Assembly (NCBI GenBank): GCA_965204735.1
Contig: OZ242008.1
Location: forward strand, 4,076,499 to 4,140,498
Length of the DNA: 64,000 nt
From: Longimicrobiales bacterium
GTDB lineage: Bacteria; Gemmatimonadota; Gemmatimonadetes; Longimicrobiales; Gaopeijiaceae
Direction of reading: 5' to 3'
Under the pieces are notes generated by a model that was given only the letters and a program-made list of their open reading frames with translations, did not search any database and was not told the origin of the DNA. A program made the translations under genes and the position numbers. Position 1 is the first letter of the stretch. Every line of letters starts with the position of its first letter. Below are positions 19,143 through 28,858 of the stretch, piece by piece.

Positions 19143-20505
19143 ATGCTCCTTCCTGCCCCCCCCCCCCCCCCCCCCGAGAATTGAGGGAGGCCGTCTTCCG
19201 GCCATAGGGCGTCCGCCCTCCGGTAGCCAAACGGCTGCCCGCAACGAGGTCGGCGTTCGGGAGATATCCGCTCGCGCCGAGGAGCACGAACACCTTCCCC
19301 ACATCGTCAAGTTCTCCGGGGGACGGTCGTCGGCCGCACTGGCGTTTCTGCTGGCCGAGTCGGGGCTGCTACGGCCCGAGCGGGGCGACGCGATTCTTTT
19401 CGCGAACACGTCAGCGGAGCACCCGGCCACCTACGAGTTCGCCCGGGAGTGCAAGCGCAGCCTCGAGCACGACTTCGGCATCCCGTTCTTCTGGTTCGAG
19501 TTCTGCACGGTGGAGGACGCCTCGCGGGGCGTCTACGTCCGCCGTCCGTCGTACCGACTTGTGCTGCCCGAGCCGGTGGAAGACGATCCCCGTGGCTTCT
19601 GCTCCCGAGGCGAAGTCTTCGAGGAGATGCTTTCCTATCAGGGGATGCTTCCCAACCCTCACAGCCGCTCCTGCACGGCCAAGCTGAAGCTGTATCCGTC
19701 GCACCAGCTTCTGGCCGAATGGCTGGGGGTCACGGACGGCCCCGCCCACGCCGGCCACTGGGGAAGACGTCGCTTCGTCACCCCCGACACGGCCTTGGTC
19801 CAGTACCGTCGGAACCGGGGCGCGGCTTCTGACGACGTGTACCGGGAGCGGGTGCGCTGCATGACGAATCGTCCGCACGCGCGCTCGGCCCAGCGTTGGG
19901 ACGAGTACACGGAAGCGCCGGTGCTGGCGTTCGGGGAGCGCATTCACGCTGCCGACCGTCCCGCGGGCCCCGCCCCAATGTGGGGACCAGCCGCCGCCGG
20001 CCACGTCACGCTGCTGGGCCTTCGCGCCGACGAGCAGAAGCGCATCGACAAGATCGAGTCCCGCTCGGTCTTTGCCGAAGGGGCCAGCACATCCTGCTCC
20101 ATCCACACCCAACCGCCGGGCGAGCATCCGATCTTCCCGCTGGCGGAGTGGGGCATCGACGCCACGGACGTTCGCTGCTTCTGGCTGGGACGCGACTTCG
20201 ACCTCCGCATTCCCGAGCACGCGGGCAACTGCGTCTTCTGCTTCATGAAGGGCACCCGGTCGCTGGCGGCTGCGGCGGCTCGGCCCGACCCCGATCGGGA
20301 GGCCGGTGCGCCGTCCGACATCGCCTGGTGGAGCCGGATGGAGGAGCGCTACCGCAGGCAGGTTGCCGCCCGTGACGGCGACGGCACGTCCAGCTTCGGC
20401 TTCTTCGGCCTGAGCGGCCCCACCTTCGCCGAGATCGCCGCGGGCGCCGCGCCGGACCTGGGCCGGTACGCCGTCGGCGCCCCCGCCTGCGACTGCACCG
20501 ACTAA
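19143..20505 (+). CDS. NinC-like / PAPS-reductase-family PP-loop enzyme (ATG 19143 is out of frame at C20)
   Basis: KFSGGRSS, ANTSAEHPATYEF, CTAKLKLYP, LGLRADE, FDLRIPEHAGNCVFCFMK and CDCTD resemble lambda NinC motifs as recalled (SFSGGRTS, DTGCEHP, IGIRADE, GNCIFC). Confidence 0.82.
19156..19175 (+). repeat. C20 homopolymer in the 5' end of the NinC-like gene
   Basis: 20 consecutive C counted directly. Confidence 0.95.
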
Positions 20506-20525
20506 GAACAAGGACCCGCGCACAC

Positions 20526-22460
20526 GTGAAGACCATGCAAGACGACCTCGTATTCCAGTCCGGCCAGCCCCAAGGATTCTCGACCCTTACCACGACTCAG
20601 TGGGACGGCAAGCCGGAGCCGATCGTCCGCGAACTCCTTCAGAACTGTCTGGACGCCGCCGCAGAGATTGATGTCGAACAGGCGGAGGTGGACTTTGACA
20701 TTCGCCAAGTTCCGCTCGACCAACTCCCGGGGATCGGATCGTACCGCAATCACTTCGAAGAAGCGGTAGCCCAACGCCAGGCGGAGACCCAGGGCAGAGC
20801 CGAGAAGAGGGTCATCGATCGCATCCGGCGGATCCTGGACAAGGAAACCGTCCGCTTACTCGTGTGCCGGGACAACGGCGTGGGACTCGATCGCGACCGG
20901 ATGCGGCGCATCCTGACGCAAGGAAACACCAGCAAAGACGAGGGCGGGGCCGGCGCGTTCGGCATCGGCCACCTGACGGCTTTCGCAGGGTCGGACTTGC
21001 GGTACGTGCTTTATGCTGGCCGATGGGGAGACGACGACGGCGAGTTGCACGAGATCGCAAGTGGTCATGCGATCCTGGCCTCGCGCGCTCTCTGCAACGG
21101 CGAAGGTGGTCTCGGGGGCGACGGCTTCTGGTTGCACGGGGAGGAAGCCACGCTCTTCCATCAGTCCCCCTATCCAGACCGGGCGCCGCCCCTGCTGCAA
21201 GAGGAACTGGGGCGGATGACTGACACGGGCAGCGTCGTGTGCATCACCGGATTCAACAACTTTCGGAGCGAGGCCGATCCGGTGCAAGCGATCGCCCAAG
21301 TCGCGGCCAAGAACTTCCTGGTGGCGATCTGGGAAGGGAAGATGGTCGTGCGCGTGCGCGGCGAGAACGAGGCCGAGACCGTAGTAGTGACGCGCGACAC
21401 GTTGGGAGATATCCTCGAGCAGGAGAAGAGCAAGAAGCGCGGTGCCCAGACGGGCCGCTGGCTCCCGGGCGCCCAGGCCTACCAAGCGTGGCAGACGTTG
21501 AGAGACGGCGTGCCTTTCAAGCTGCGCGACGGCACGCCAGTCCGCATTCGGCTGCCGGAGGCTCGCAAGCGCAGGCCGGAGTCGCGGGCTCAGATCTTTC
21601 GGAACGGCATGTGGATCACAAACAGCGCCGACGCACTGGAGCCCCGACACTTCAGAACCTGCAAACCTTTTGCCGCGGTCGTCATGGTGGCCGACGGCAG
21701 GTTGGCGGAGCTGGTGCGTGATGCCGAAGGCCCGGAGCACCGCCATCTGGAGCGCAGCCGCCTCTCGCGACAAGACAGTCTCGAGCTGCTGGAGCGGCTC
21801 AGGGAGATCGCGGCCGAGCTGCGACAGCAGGCTGGCGAAGAGGAGGTCGACGACGAGTTCACGCCGGAGGGCTTCGTCATGCTTTCGGGTGATGTGGAAC
21901 GGAAGGCGGAGAAGGTGCCCAGCTACCGTCCACGAGAAGGCCCGGGCCAGAACCGTGTCACCGTGTCGAGTCGAAGCAACAAGGAAGAGGACGGAGTGGA
22001 CCGCCGGGAAAAGAGCGGCGAGGAGAAAGGCAGGCGCAGGCAGGGGGCGGCGCCCCGGCAGGGCAGAGCCGTTCCGGGCCGGCTGGCGTACCGAGCGTCG
22101 CGGAACGGGGCAGGAACAGTCGATACCGTCAAGGTCGAGTGGAACCATCAGGGGAGCGCCCTGTCGGTAAAGGACCTGCTGGGCGTCCGCGTCAGGGTGC
22201 CGTCCGGTTCCGACCAGACCTGCGAGCAACCTCTGGGGCCCGAGTGGGTCCCCATTCGCGAGGTTCGCTTCGAGGATGGCACAACCCACCTGCCCAAGGA
22301 CGACAACCCGTTCGAAGTGGCGCTGCCCAACACCGCTCGCAAGTTTGTCGTCTTCCTCGACACGAAAAGGCCGCTTGACGATCCCAACGTCGTTGAGGTG
22401 GACATCGTGCGCCGACGCAGCGACTCGAAGGCACGTTCGGCCGCCTCGTCGGTCGAGTAG
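20526..22460 (+). CDS. Protein with N-terminal GHKL (HATPase) ATPase domain
   Basis: N-box RELLQNCLDA, G1 DNGVGL, TSK, G2 GAFGIG, TG in TGSVVCI. Charged linker and unknown C-terminal domain. Confidence 0.78.
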   Translation: MKTMQDDLVFQSGQPQGFSTLTTTQWDGKPEPIVRELLQNCLDAAAEIDVEQAEVDFDIRQVPLDQLPGIGSYRNHFEEAVAQRQAETQGRAEKRVIDRIRRILDKETVRLLVCRDNGVGLDRDRMRRILTQGNTSKDEGGAGAFGIGHLTAFAGSDLRYVLYAGRWGDDDGELHEIASGHAILASRALCNGEGGLGGDGFWLHGEEATLFHQSPYPDRAPPLLQEELGRMTDTGSVVCITGFNNFRSEADPVQAIAQVAAKNFLVAIWEGKMVVRVRGENEAETVVVTRDTLGDILEQEKSKKRGAQTGRWLPGAQAYQAWQTLRDGVPFKLRDGTPVRIRLPEARKRRPESRAQIFRNGMWITNSADALEPRHFRTCKPFAAVVMVADGRLAELVRDAEGPEHRHLERSRLSRQDSLELLERLREIAAELRQQAGEEEVDDEFTPEGFVMLSGDVERKAEKVPSYRPREGPGQNRVTVSSRSNKEEDGVDRREKSGEEKGRRRQGAAPRQGRAVPGRLAYRASRNGAGTVDTVKVEWNHQGSALSVKDLLGVRVRVPSGSDQTCEQPLGPEWVPIREVRFEDGTTHLPKDDNPFEVALPNTARKFVVFLDTKRPLDDPNVVEVDIVRRRSDSKARSAASSVE

Positions 22461-23302
22461 TGCCCCGCCGCCCCGTGAGCAACGCGACTGCGCACCAGCT
22501 GCCGATCCTCTTGGAAAGCGGGTCCCGGTACGACTGGTCGAGCGCGAGCTACGATCCCGACGTGTCGGTCGGCACCAACCGAGCGACGGTTCAGCACCAA
22601 ATGGACGGGGCACCGGCCTTGCGCAGGCTGATTGAAGACGAAAAGGCGGTTTGGGCCGTTGAATTGCGATGCCCCAAGACCCTCATGGCTCGCGTGGAGA
22701 CATCGTCCGCCGATCGCCAAGTCGTCTCTTGGTCCTCCGAAGAAGTAGACGGCGTGGTTTGGATCGTGCCGGGGCTGATTGCGCTGAACCCCCTCTCGCT
22801 CGACGGATCGGGCCTGACGTCGCTGTGGGCCGATGCGGGCGACCTCCGGGTACCGGCAGGTTGGTGGCTGGCCAAGGGCGATGCGTACCGTTCCAAGACA
22901 CTCACTGAATCTCTGGTCAAGCTTCGTCGCGACAAGGACATGGCCAAGGGCACCATGGAGGTGCGTCCTGACCACAGCGGTGGACGCCTGCGGTTCGCAG
23001 TGCACATGGCGCCGGACGTGTTCGAGAAGGCAAGATCGGACAGGACGTTGCAAGTGGCGGCTCTGGTCGGAGTCTGCGGCTGGTTCCCTCGCGAGTTCGG
23101 CAGGGTCGCAGAGTCGCAGTCCGGTTCCGGCACCAACGATGCACGCGACGACCACCCTGTGGCCCGTGAGCTCAGGGAGCGATTGCGGCGCAAGAACCAA
23201 GACGTGTCGTTGTGGGACGACGACGAGAGCTACGACCCGGCCTTGGTGGCCACCTTACTGGAGCCCTTCGATTTCAAGGAAGAGCATGACGAAGAAGATT
23301 GA
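22460..23302 (+). CDS. Hypothetical protein (gene 3 of operon)
   Basis: 280-aa globular-looking ORF; the start overlaps the gene 2 stop. Confidence 0.75.
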   Translation: MPRRPVSNATAHQLPILLESGSRYDWSSASYDPDVSVGTNRATVQHQMDGAPALRRLIEDEKAVWAVELRCPKTLMARVETSSADRQVVSWSSEEVDGVVWIVPGLIALNPLSLDGSGLTSLWADAGDLRVPAGWWLAKGDAYRSKTLTESLVKLRRDKDMAKGTMEVRPDHSGGRLRFAVHMAPDVFEKARSDRTLQVAALVGVCGWFPREFGRVAESQSGSGTNDARDDHPVARELRERLRRKNQDVSLWDDDESYDPALVATLLEPFDFKEEHDEED

Positions 23303-24155
23303 CCGACTGGTCGACAAGTGCGGCACGGCCTTCAGCAGGTGGCAGAGCCGAATCATCTTCGACCAAAGGAAGCACGGAAAGCCTACCGAAAGTCGCAACC
23401 GCGAGATCGTCGATAAGGTCAGGGACCGGCAAGAGGCACTGGCATCCGAAGTCGGAAACGGGCCTCAGCAGTTGGGTGCCTACCTTCGTCGTGTCTTGAA
23501 GCTGGGTGTGGGCGACGAGATCGACGCACTTCCCTTTCCACGCGATTGCCTTACCCCCAGCGAATTCGTCAAGCCCCCCGTCGAGCTTGAGGAGGAGCTT
23601 GGCAAGTCATGGCAGAAGTTGCCTCCGCGGCTGGCGTCCCGGCCCGTGTTCTGGCTTCTCTGCCATGTCGCGTGGATCGAGCAGGGTCGTTTAGGCGACT
23701 CTGGCCACTTGGTCCGCGCTGCGTTGATGGACGACCCTCGCGCCAGGGACTCGGAAGCGCGAACCCGCAATCTCCTGCGACGGACCGGGGGCATTTTCGT
23801 CCGAGGCAATGTGTCCGTTTTCTCCAACTGTCCGATGGCCCGGGCGTGGTGGCGCTGGTACTTGGCGCGTCAAGTGGCGGAGGTCACGAAAGGCAGGGTC
23901 GGTCGCGCCGACGCTCATGCAACGTTGCACGCGAGCAATGGGGCATGGGAGGAGCTGGCCATGCTCTCGCTCCGGCGGATCACAGTCGTCAATCAACGTC
24001 GGGCACGGGCGGCCGTGGTGAGCCGGCTGCATGCGCTACTAGGCCAGCACGGGAAGCTGAACAAGAACCACGTAAAGGAGGTCGCGGTCGAGTTCGCCCG
24101 TGTTGGGCTGCGCCGCTCCTTTGAGCATACGTCCTGGGATGAACTGATGGGCTAA
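23286..24155 (+). CDS. Hypothetical helical protein (gene 4; possibly distant DUF6339-like)
   Basis: Overlaps gene 3 by 17 nt with an AAGGA RBS. PVFWLLCH and MARAWWR recall the W-rich RLWW motif of DUF6339 (unverified). Confidence 0.7.
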   Translation: MTKKIDRLVDKCGTAFSRWQSRIIFDQRKHGKPTESRNREIVDKVRDRQEALASEVGNGPQQLGAYLRRVLKLGVGDEIDALPFPRDCLTPSEFVKPPVELEEELGKSWQKLPPRLASRPVFWLLCHVAWIEQGRLGDSGHLVRAALMDDPRARDSEARTRNLLRRTGGIFVRGNVSVFSNCPMARAWWRWYLARQVAEVTKGRVGRADAHATLHASNGAWEELAMLSLRRITVVNQRRARAAVVSRLHALLGQHGKLNKNHVKEVAVEFARVGLRRSFEHTSWDELMG

Positions 24156-24268
24156 GCCCTAACGACCGGCGTCCATGGGGCGGTCCGGCGTAACGAGCCG
24201 CACGCCGTGGTGCCAGGCCCGCATTGGTCTGCGGCACGTTGGAGCAGAGCTTCGTATACTGACGGAGT

Positions 24269-25720
24269 TTAGCCCCTCACGGGTTTGACGCCGCCCCGCC
24301 GTCCCAGGCCGTAACCGACTCTGAACACGTCGGGAATGTTGACGCGACCGTCAAGCAATCGCTGAAATATGCTTAACGCCTCCAAATCGTCACGTAGGCC
24401 TTGAGCACCGCGCTCGATCTGACGTGGTGTCGCCTTGACCGCATCCTGTGCCGTGTCGTCGCCCAAACGCGATAGTACGTCTCGCTCCCGCCAGCGCTTC
24501 TCAATCTCCTCGAAAGAACAGGGCACTACCATGCCATCCAAGGTCATCAAGAGGCGGTGCACCCACGGATAGTCCTCCTGGAATTCCTCCACACGAATCC
24601 TGGAAGCCTCCTGAACACCAAGTTTGATGCTGTCAAAATGTAGAGCATAGTCGTGTTCCGGGTGCCTCTCGCGAGTATTGCCGGCTGCGGTCCTTAGGGC
24701 GGCAAGGAACGAACGAGGGCTTACCTTGCCTTCCGCATCTGCCAAGTGATTGGGTATCCACGTGTACGGGAATCCCCGTCGACGGTCTCTGCCCATCCAT
24801 GGTCCCGCGAGCTGATGAAAGATGGTGCGCTGTGTCTGCTCGGCAAAGACAAGCTGCCTTGGCACGGCGAAGACGGTTTGCCCCTGCAGATCCAACGACG
24901 CCCAGTGCTCCTTAGTCAGCAGAGGTCGCATCGCGGACCCGGTGGGACCATTGGCCAGCGAGTGCCAGAGGAGCCCGTACAGTTCGTTGGGCGGCCAGTT
25001 CAATTCCGCACGCGATGACAGTATCTTTGACGCATCTGGGAAGTCGGCGATGCTGGTCTCCTCAACTTGATCCGTCCGCAAGAACGCCTTTACTCTGATT
25101 CGCCTGTACGAACGCATGTCCGACGCAAGCTGCATCAGTCCTCGGATCAACCGGTACATGTCCTGCCAGCTGTCGGCGCATCGATCCAGGGCGTCGAACA
25201 GTATCAACAGGTATGTCCCGCGACTGTCTAGTTCAACGTCTCGTTTGTCCAACATGACGTCAATCTCTTCGGGTTGTCGCTTAACGTACTCGCATCGTTC
25301 CTGCCAGCTACGTGCTCGTCGCAACGGGTCCGATTCTGCGGACAAGTGCCGTGCAAGCACCGTTCGCCAAACAAGTCGCGGAGCGATGTCGGCCGCCAAC
25401 AGGTTCGCCAATACGTCCTTGCTAGGATAATCGTCGGGTGCTGCGCTGACGCCGAATCCCACTGTCACCTCGGTGGCATCAGTTAGGCGCGACTTCTCGC
25501 TCTTTCCCACAAGAAGACGGACACTGCTGTCTTGCAGTGCTTGCCACCAAAACGTCTTGCCCGCGCCCCGCATGCCAACCACAACGGAAACGTCCGGGTC
25601 CATCGCCTTGAGGTGAGACCGAGGCAGGTAGACGTTGGCGACCGGCAAGGTGGTATCGCCATGAGATGTACCCTCTGGAAGGCCGACAAGGGCCTGGCGC
25701 AAAGCCTGGGCTCGGGTCAT
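24269..25720 (-). CDS. P-loop NTPase (STAND-like) of a three-gene module
   Basis: Walker A GMRGAGKT, Walker B LILFDALD, FLRTD, SPRSFL. ATGA-coupled to the upstream gene. Confidence 0.8.
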   Translation of the reverse strand: MTRAQALRQALVGLPEGTSHGDTTLPVANVYLPRSHLKAMDPDVSVVVGMRGAGKTFWWQALQDSSVRLLVGKSEKSRLTDATEVTVGFGVSAAPDDYPSKDVLANLLAADIAPRLVWRTVLARHLSAESDPLRRARSWQERCEYVKRQPEEIDVMLDKRDVELDSRGTYLLILFDALDRCADSWQDMYRLIRGLMQLASDMRSYRRIRVKAFLRTDQVEETSIADFPDASKILSSRAELNWPPNELYGLLWHSLANGPTGSAMRPLLTKEHWASLDLQGQTVFAVPRQLVFAEQTQRTIFHQLAGPWMGRDRRRGFPYTWIPNHLADAEGKVSPRSFLAALRTAAGNTRERHPEHDYALHFDSIKLGVQEASRIRVEEFQEDYPWVHRLLMTLDGMVVPCSFEEIEKRWRERDVLSRLGDDTAQDAVKATPRQIERGAQGLRDDLEALSIFQRLLDGRVNIPDVFRVGYGLGRRGGVKPVRG

Positions 25721-26985
25721 CGGGTCGCCGCCGGACGAAGATAGCTGTCAAACGATCGCAGGAAGGCGGAGTACGCAAGCGTCACGGGGGCAGCGTCGAT
25801 CCTGTGCAGCGAAGAACCGGCGGCCAAGCCTCGATTCCAGTGAATTGCGAGGGGGCTATGAGGGGCAGGAGACTCCCGCAGGTCAAAAGAAAAGGCGTCG
25901 TTAGGAAACGACGGTTCCACCCCGTCGTACAGGTAGTCGCGAAACAAGTGCCAAGAACGCTCAGTAAACCTCGCAAGGTATTGATCTGTGCCGGTCTCTG
26001 GCGTTAGAGCTGACACGATGGACAGTCGGTCTCTCATCTTTTCTGCGAGACGGTGATCGCGCCAATGCGAAAAAACCATCTCGAAGGTGCTCCAAGTGCT
26101 TGCAGAATCGGTGGCGAACAGCATGACATGAGCACCGACGTCGGTGACCGTGGCGGCCGCAAGATCGTGTAGGCCGCTACGGCTCTCGATAACCACGATG
26201 CTTGGTTGCCATGCTTCCTCGAGCGACGTGATCACGCGGTCGAGCCGCTCGGTCCATGGCAACCCCGTGTTGAGATACACTCGGCCGAGCTTTGCCAGGT
26301 ATTCGCCGGGGCGACGTCCGTGGGCGGGCACCACGGCAACCGAGCCTTCAAGGTCTTGGGCCCAGGTCGGCGTTCCCACCATGCGGTCCAAGACATGAGC
26401 GGCCTGGCCAACCAAGTCCTCCACGAACCAGTCTACGATTCCGAACTGGGGATGGGCGCCTTGGTCCAAGACCGTCGAGCCCAAACCCGGCGACTCGACG
26501 TCCGCATCCACGACCAGGACCCGTTCTCCTTGGTGGGCCAAGTGCCAGGCGAGAACCACAGCCGTGGTGCTCCTTCCCACCCCGCCGTTGACCGAGAACA
26601 GCGTGTAGCGGATTCGTCGCGACGCTGGCGCATTGACCGTCTGCCATCCGTTACCAGTGATCATGCGATCAACCCAAAACATGCACCCCGACATCCTCCT
26701 CGCGGAGGAACCAAGCAAGGTGGATGCGGGTGTGTCGAGGATCAGCAAGGAAGCGTCGGGTGGATGACCATGGGCGCCCAGTTCACGACTAAGGCGCGTG
26801 GCCAACTCCGCCAACGCTCCCTGGACCGAGTCGCTGGCCGGTTCGTCAGCGATGATCCGGACCCTGCCATAGAGGTCGCGAACGAGGTAGACGTCGATTC
26901 CCTGAAGTGGAGTCAGGTCCATGGACGCCAGAATCGTTTCGACTCGCTGGTATACGCTGTCGAACCTGATGAAGTCTCCTCTCAT
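25717..26985 (-). CDS. ParA/MinD-like ATPase (KGGVGR-variant family; NGGVGRST here)
   Basis: FSVNGGVGRSTT, VLVVDADVESPGL, ESRSGLHD, plus an N-terminal VRDLYGRVR domain. Confidence 0.82.
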   Translation of the reverse strand: MRGDFIRFDSVYQRVETILASMDLTPLQGIDVYLVRDLYGRVRIIADEPASDSVQGALAELATRLSRELGAHGHPPDASLLILDTPASTLLGSSARRMSGCMFWVDRMITGNGWQTVNAPASRRIRYTLFSVNGGVGRSTTAVVLAWHLAHQGERVLVVDADVESPGLGSTVLDQGAHPQFGIVDWFVEDLVGQAAHVLDRMVGTPTWAQDLEGSVAVVPAHGRRPGEYLAKLGRVYLNTGLPWTERLDRVITSLEEAWQPSIVVIESRSGLHDLAAATVTDVGAHVMLFATDSASTWSTFEMVFSHWRDHRLAEKMRDRLSIVSALTPETGTDQYLARFTERSWHLFRDYLYDGVEPSFPNDAFSFDLRESPAPHSPLAIHWNRGLAAGSSLHRIDAAPVTLAYSAFLRSFDSYLRPAATR

Positions 26986-27425
26986 ACGATGCCGTCCACT
27001 TCCGCGAGGCGCATGATGCGGACGACTTCTCGGGTCGCCTTCTGGTACCGGCTTACCTCCTCTGGGCCGACATGGCCGCGGTTGGCGTAGCGATCATGGT
27101 GCGACCAATCGTGGAACGGATTCCCAGGGGCGAGGCCGTACCTTGCTCCGAACTGGTCGCTGGCAAGGTCCGCAAAGAGTGGCCAGATCGCTTGGATGTG
27201 TTGGCGGTGTTTACGTTCCCGAGGTGTGCCCATGGCATCCAAGGGCATCCACTTGAGCACCTGCATCGCGGCTTTCAGCCCGCACTCCGCGCTGAACCCA
27301 AGGAGATACGCAGCGTTGGCCCACCTGTCGTGGTCGCAGAGAAGGTTGCCGTCTTCCCAATGTCGCTGGTGGGCGTCCACGAAGTCGGCGGGTTGCTCGG
27401 CGCGGTTCGGGTTCGATCTGATCAC
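26982..27425 (-). CDS. HEPN-domain protein
   Basis: DAHQRHWEDG...WANAAYLLGFSAECGLKA...H...WSHHDRY. GTG start with AGGAGG RBS; ATGA coupling downstream. Confidence 0.72.
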   Translation of the reverse strand: MIRSNPNRAEQPADFVDAHQRHWEDGNLLCDHDRWANAAYLLGFSAECGLKAAMQVLKWMPLDAMGTPRERKHRQHIQAIWPLFADLASDQFGARYGLAPGNPFHDWSHHDRYANRGHVGPEEVSRYQKATREVVRIMRLAEVDGIV

Positions 27426-27536
27426 TGCGGCCCTCCTGCATCTGTCTGTCGTCTTTGTCTGTCGTCGCCACATGACCGGGCCCGGTCGCAAGCTGCCACC
27501 GCTCTTCCCGCAACTTCGGCCCGTTCGAGCCCCGAG

Positions 27537-27650
27537 TCAAGAAGTATCCTCCACCACCGTTGTCATCCGCAAGGGGTGGCTCTCGGGGTCGTCGGACACC
27601 AAGCACCAGGTGCCCGCCCATGGTCGTGGGTTGCCAGCCGGCCGCGCCAA
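27537..27650 (-). pseudogene. Degenerate, internally deleted remnant of a Fic paralog
   Basis: Minus strand GGGCACCTGGTGCTTGGTGTCCGACGACCCCGAGA matches GGGCACCTGGCGCCTGGTGTCCGACGACGCCGAGA at ~29824. Both end in ...GGATG...CTTCTTGA. Confidence 0.6.
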
Positions 27651-27669
27651 CTACCGTCGTCGCACTTGA

Positions 27670-28236
27670 TCATTGCGCGTCAAGCTCGGGTATCCAGCGT
27701 TTGTGCACTAGCGTGGTGATTGCGATGCGAATCTGCCGTTCTGTAAACTGGTGCTTGCGTGGACTCCAAGCGTGCGTGCGGCGGAGCGTGTCCACTACCG
27801 ATGTGACACGTTCTCTGTCAACCACCCAGTGCACCGTCGACAACAACTCCAAGCCAAAGGACGATTCGAAACCCTCCACAAGATCGGACACCCGCAAGAA
27901 ACGGGCCTGCGTATCTGGATACTGGCCAAGAAACACACGAGCATCTTCAACCGCACCGGGCACCAAGTCCATTCGCTTGTGCGGGGCATCGCTTCCGTCG
28001 GCATACCCCGACACAAGATGCTCTTCCACAGCGTTAAGGACATGTCGCAAGTTGTCGGCATATGGTCCATAGTGTCCCTTCCTGAATCTCAAGCGCAGTG
28101 GCTCGCCAGCAATTTGCATAAAATACATCAACTTGTGCACCTCCAACAATGTAATATACGGATCCAATAGCGCTTGATTGTAGCGATGCATCAATTGAAC
28201 CAGGACCGCTCTAGATTGGTTGGTTGGCTGGATCAT
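27670..28236 (-). pseudogene. darG: C-terminal domain of DarG-type antitoxin, macrodomain missing
   Basis: ITLLEVHKLMYFMQ...GHYGPYADNLRHVL...VEGFESSFGLELLSTVHWV...WSPRK. No macrodomain and no darT. Confidence 0.7.
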
Positions 28237-28521
28237 GGACCGGTCCTGGTAGGGGGGCGGATGTCCGAAGGAGCGTCCTGAACGATAGCCTCCGTCGTTC
28301 GTCGGTGCAACCGGGCTTGACCGGGCCTCGCGGATATCCTCTTGGGACGGCCACATCTTCCAGGGCTCGTACGATTCGGTGGACATGTTACCGGGCGTTC
28401 CTGGATGTGTGGTCGCTTCGCACACTTCTGGCTCTTGACGAAGCGGTGGCGCGAGCCCCTTGGGCTGCCGTCCGCATGGATCAAGTACGCTGCGTCTTCA
28501 TCCCAAGCCGGAGGAGACGCG

Positions 28522-28676
28522 ATGTTCAGGAGGGGAAGCGAGTGCTGCTGCGACACTATCTCGACCAGGGGTGCCGAAGGCGGAGGTCGCCCGCCGCGTC
28601 GGCGTCAGCCGGAGGACGGTCTACCACTGGATCGAGACAGGCCAGCTCGACCGCGAACTCGACGCCGGGCCCCCCT
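28522..28676 (+). mobile_element. istA: IS21-family transposase N-terminal HTH remnant (frameshifted)
   Basis: GGAGGAG RBS and ATG, then KRVLLRHYLDQG / VPKAEVARRVGVSRRTVYHWIETGQLDRELD in two frames. Confidence 0.7.
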
Positions 28677-28858
28677 GGTGGTCAGGCCTCCGTCTCATCG
28701 CCCCTCGCGGTGTTCGCGCAGGTACTGGAACCGCCCGTCGCCGAGGTCTTCCGCCGGACACCGGGGAACAGCCTCGACACGCTAATCTTCCGTTCTTCTC
28801 TCCTCGACAGCATTATCTTGGGATTGTTCTCCCCAGCAGCGGTGAGACGACAGCCAAA

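Noticed and set aside
19143..24155. Assignment to Dnd, Ssp or BREX type 4, or to sulfate assimilation CysH
   Set aside because: Signature partner genes are absent, and the enzyme motifs resemble NinC rather than CysH (no ECGLH C-terminus).
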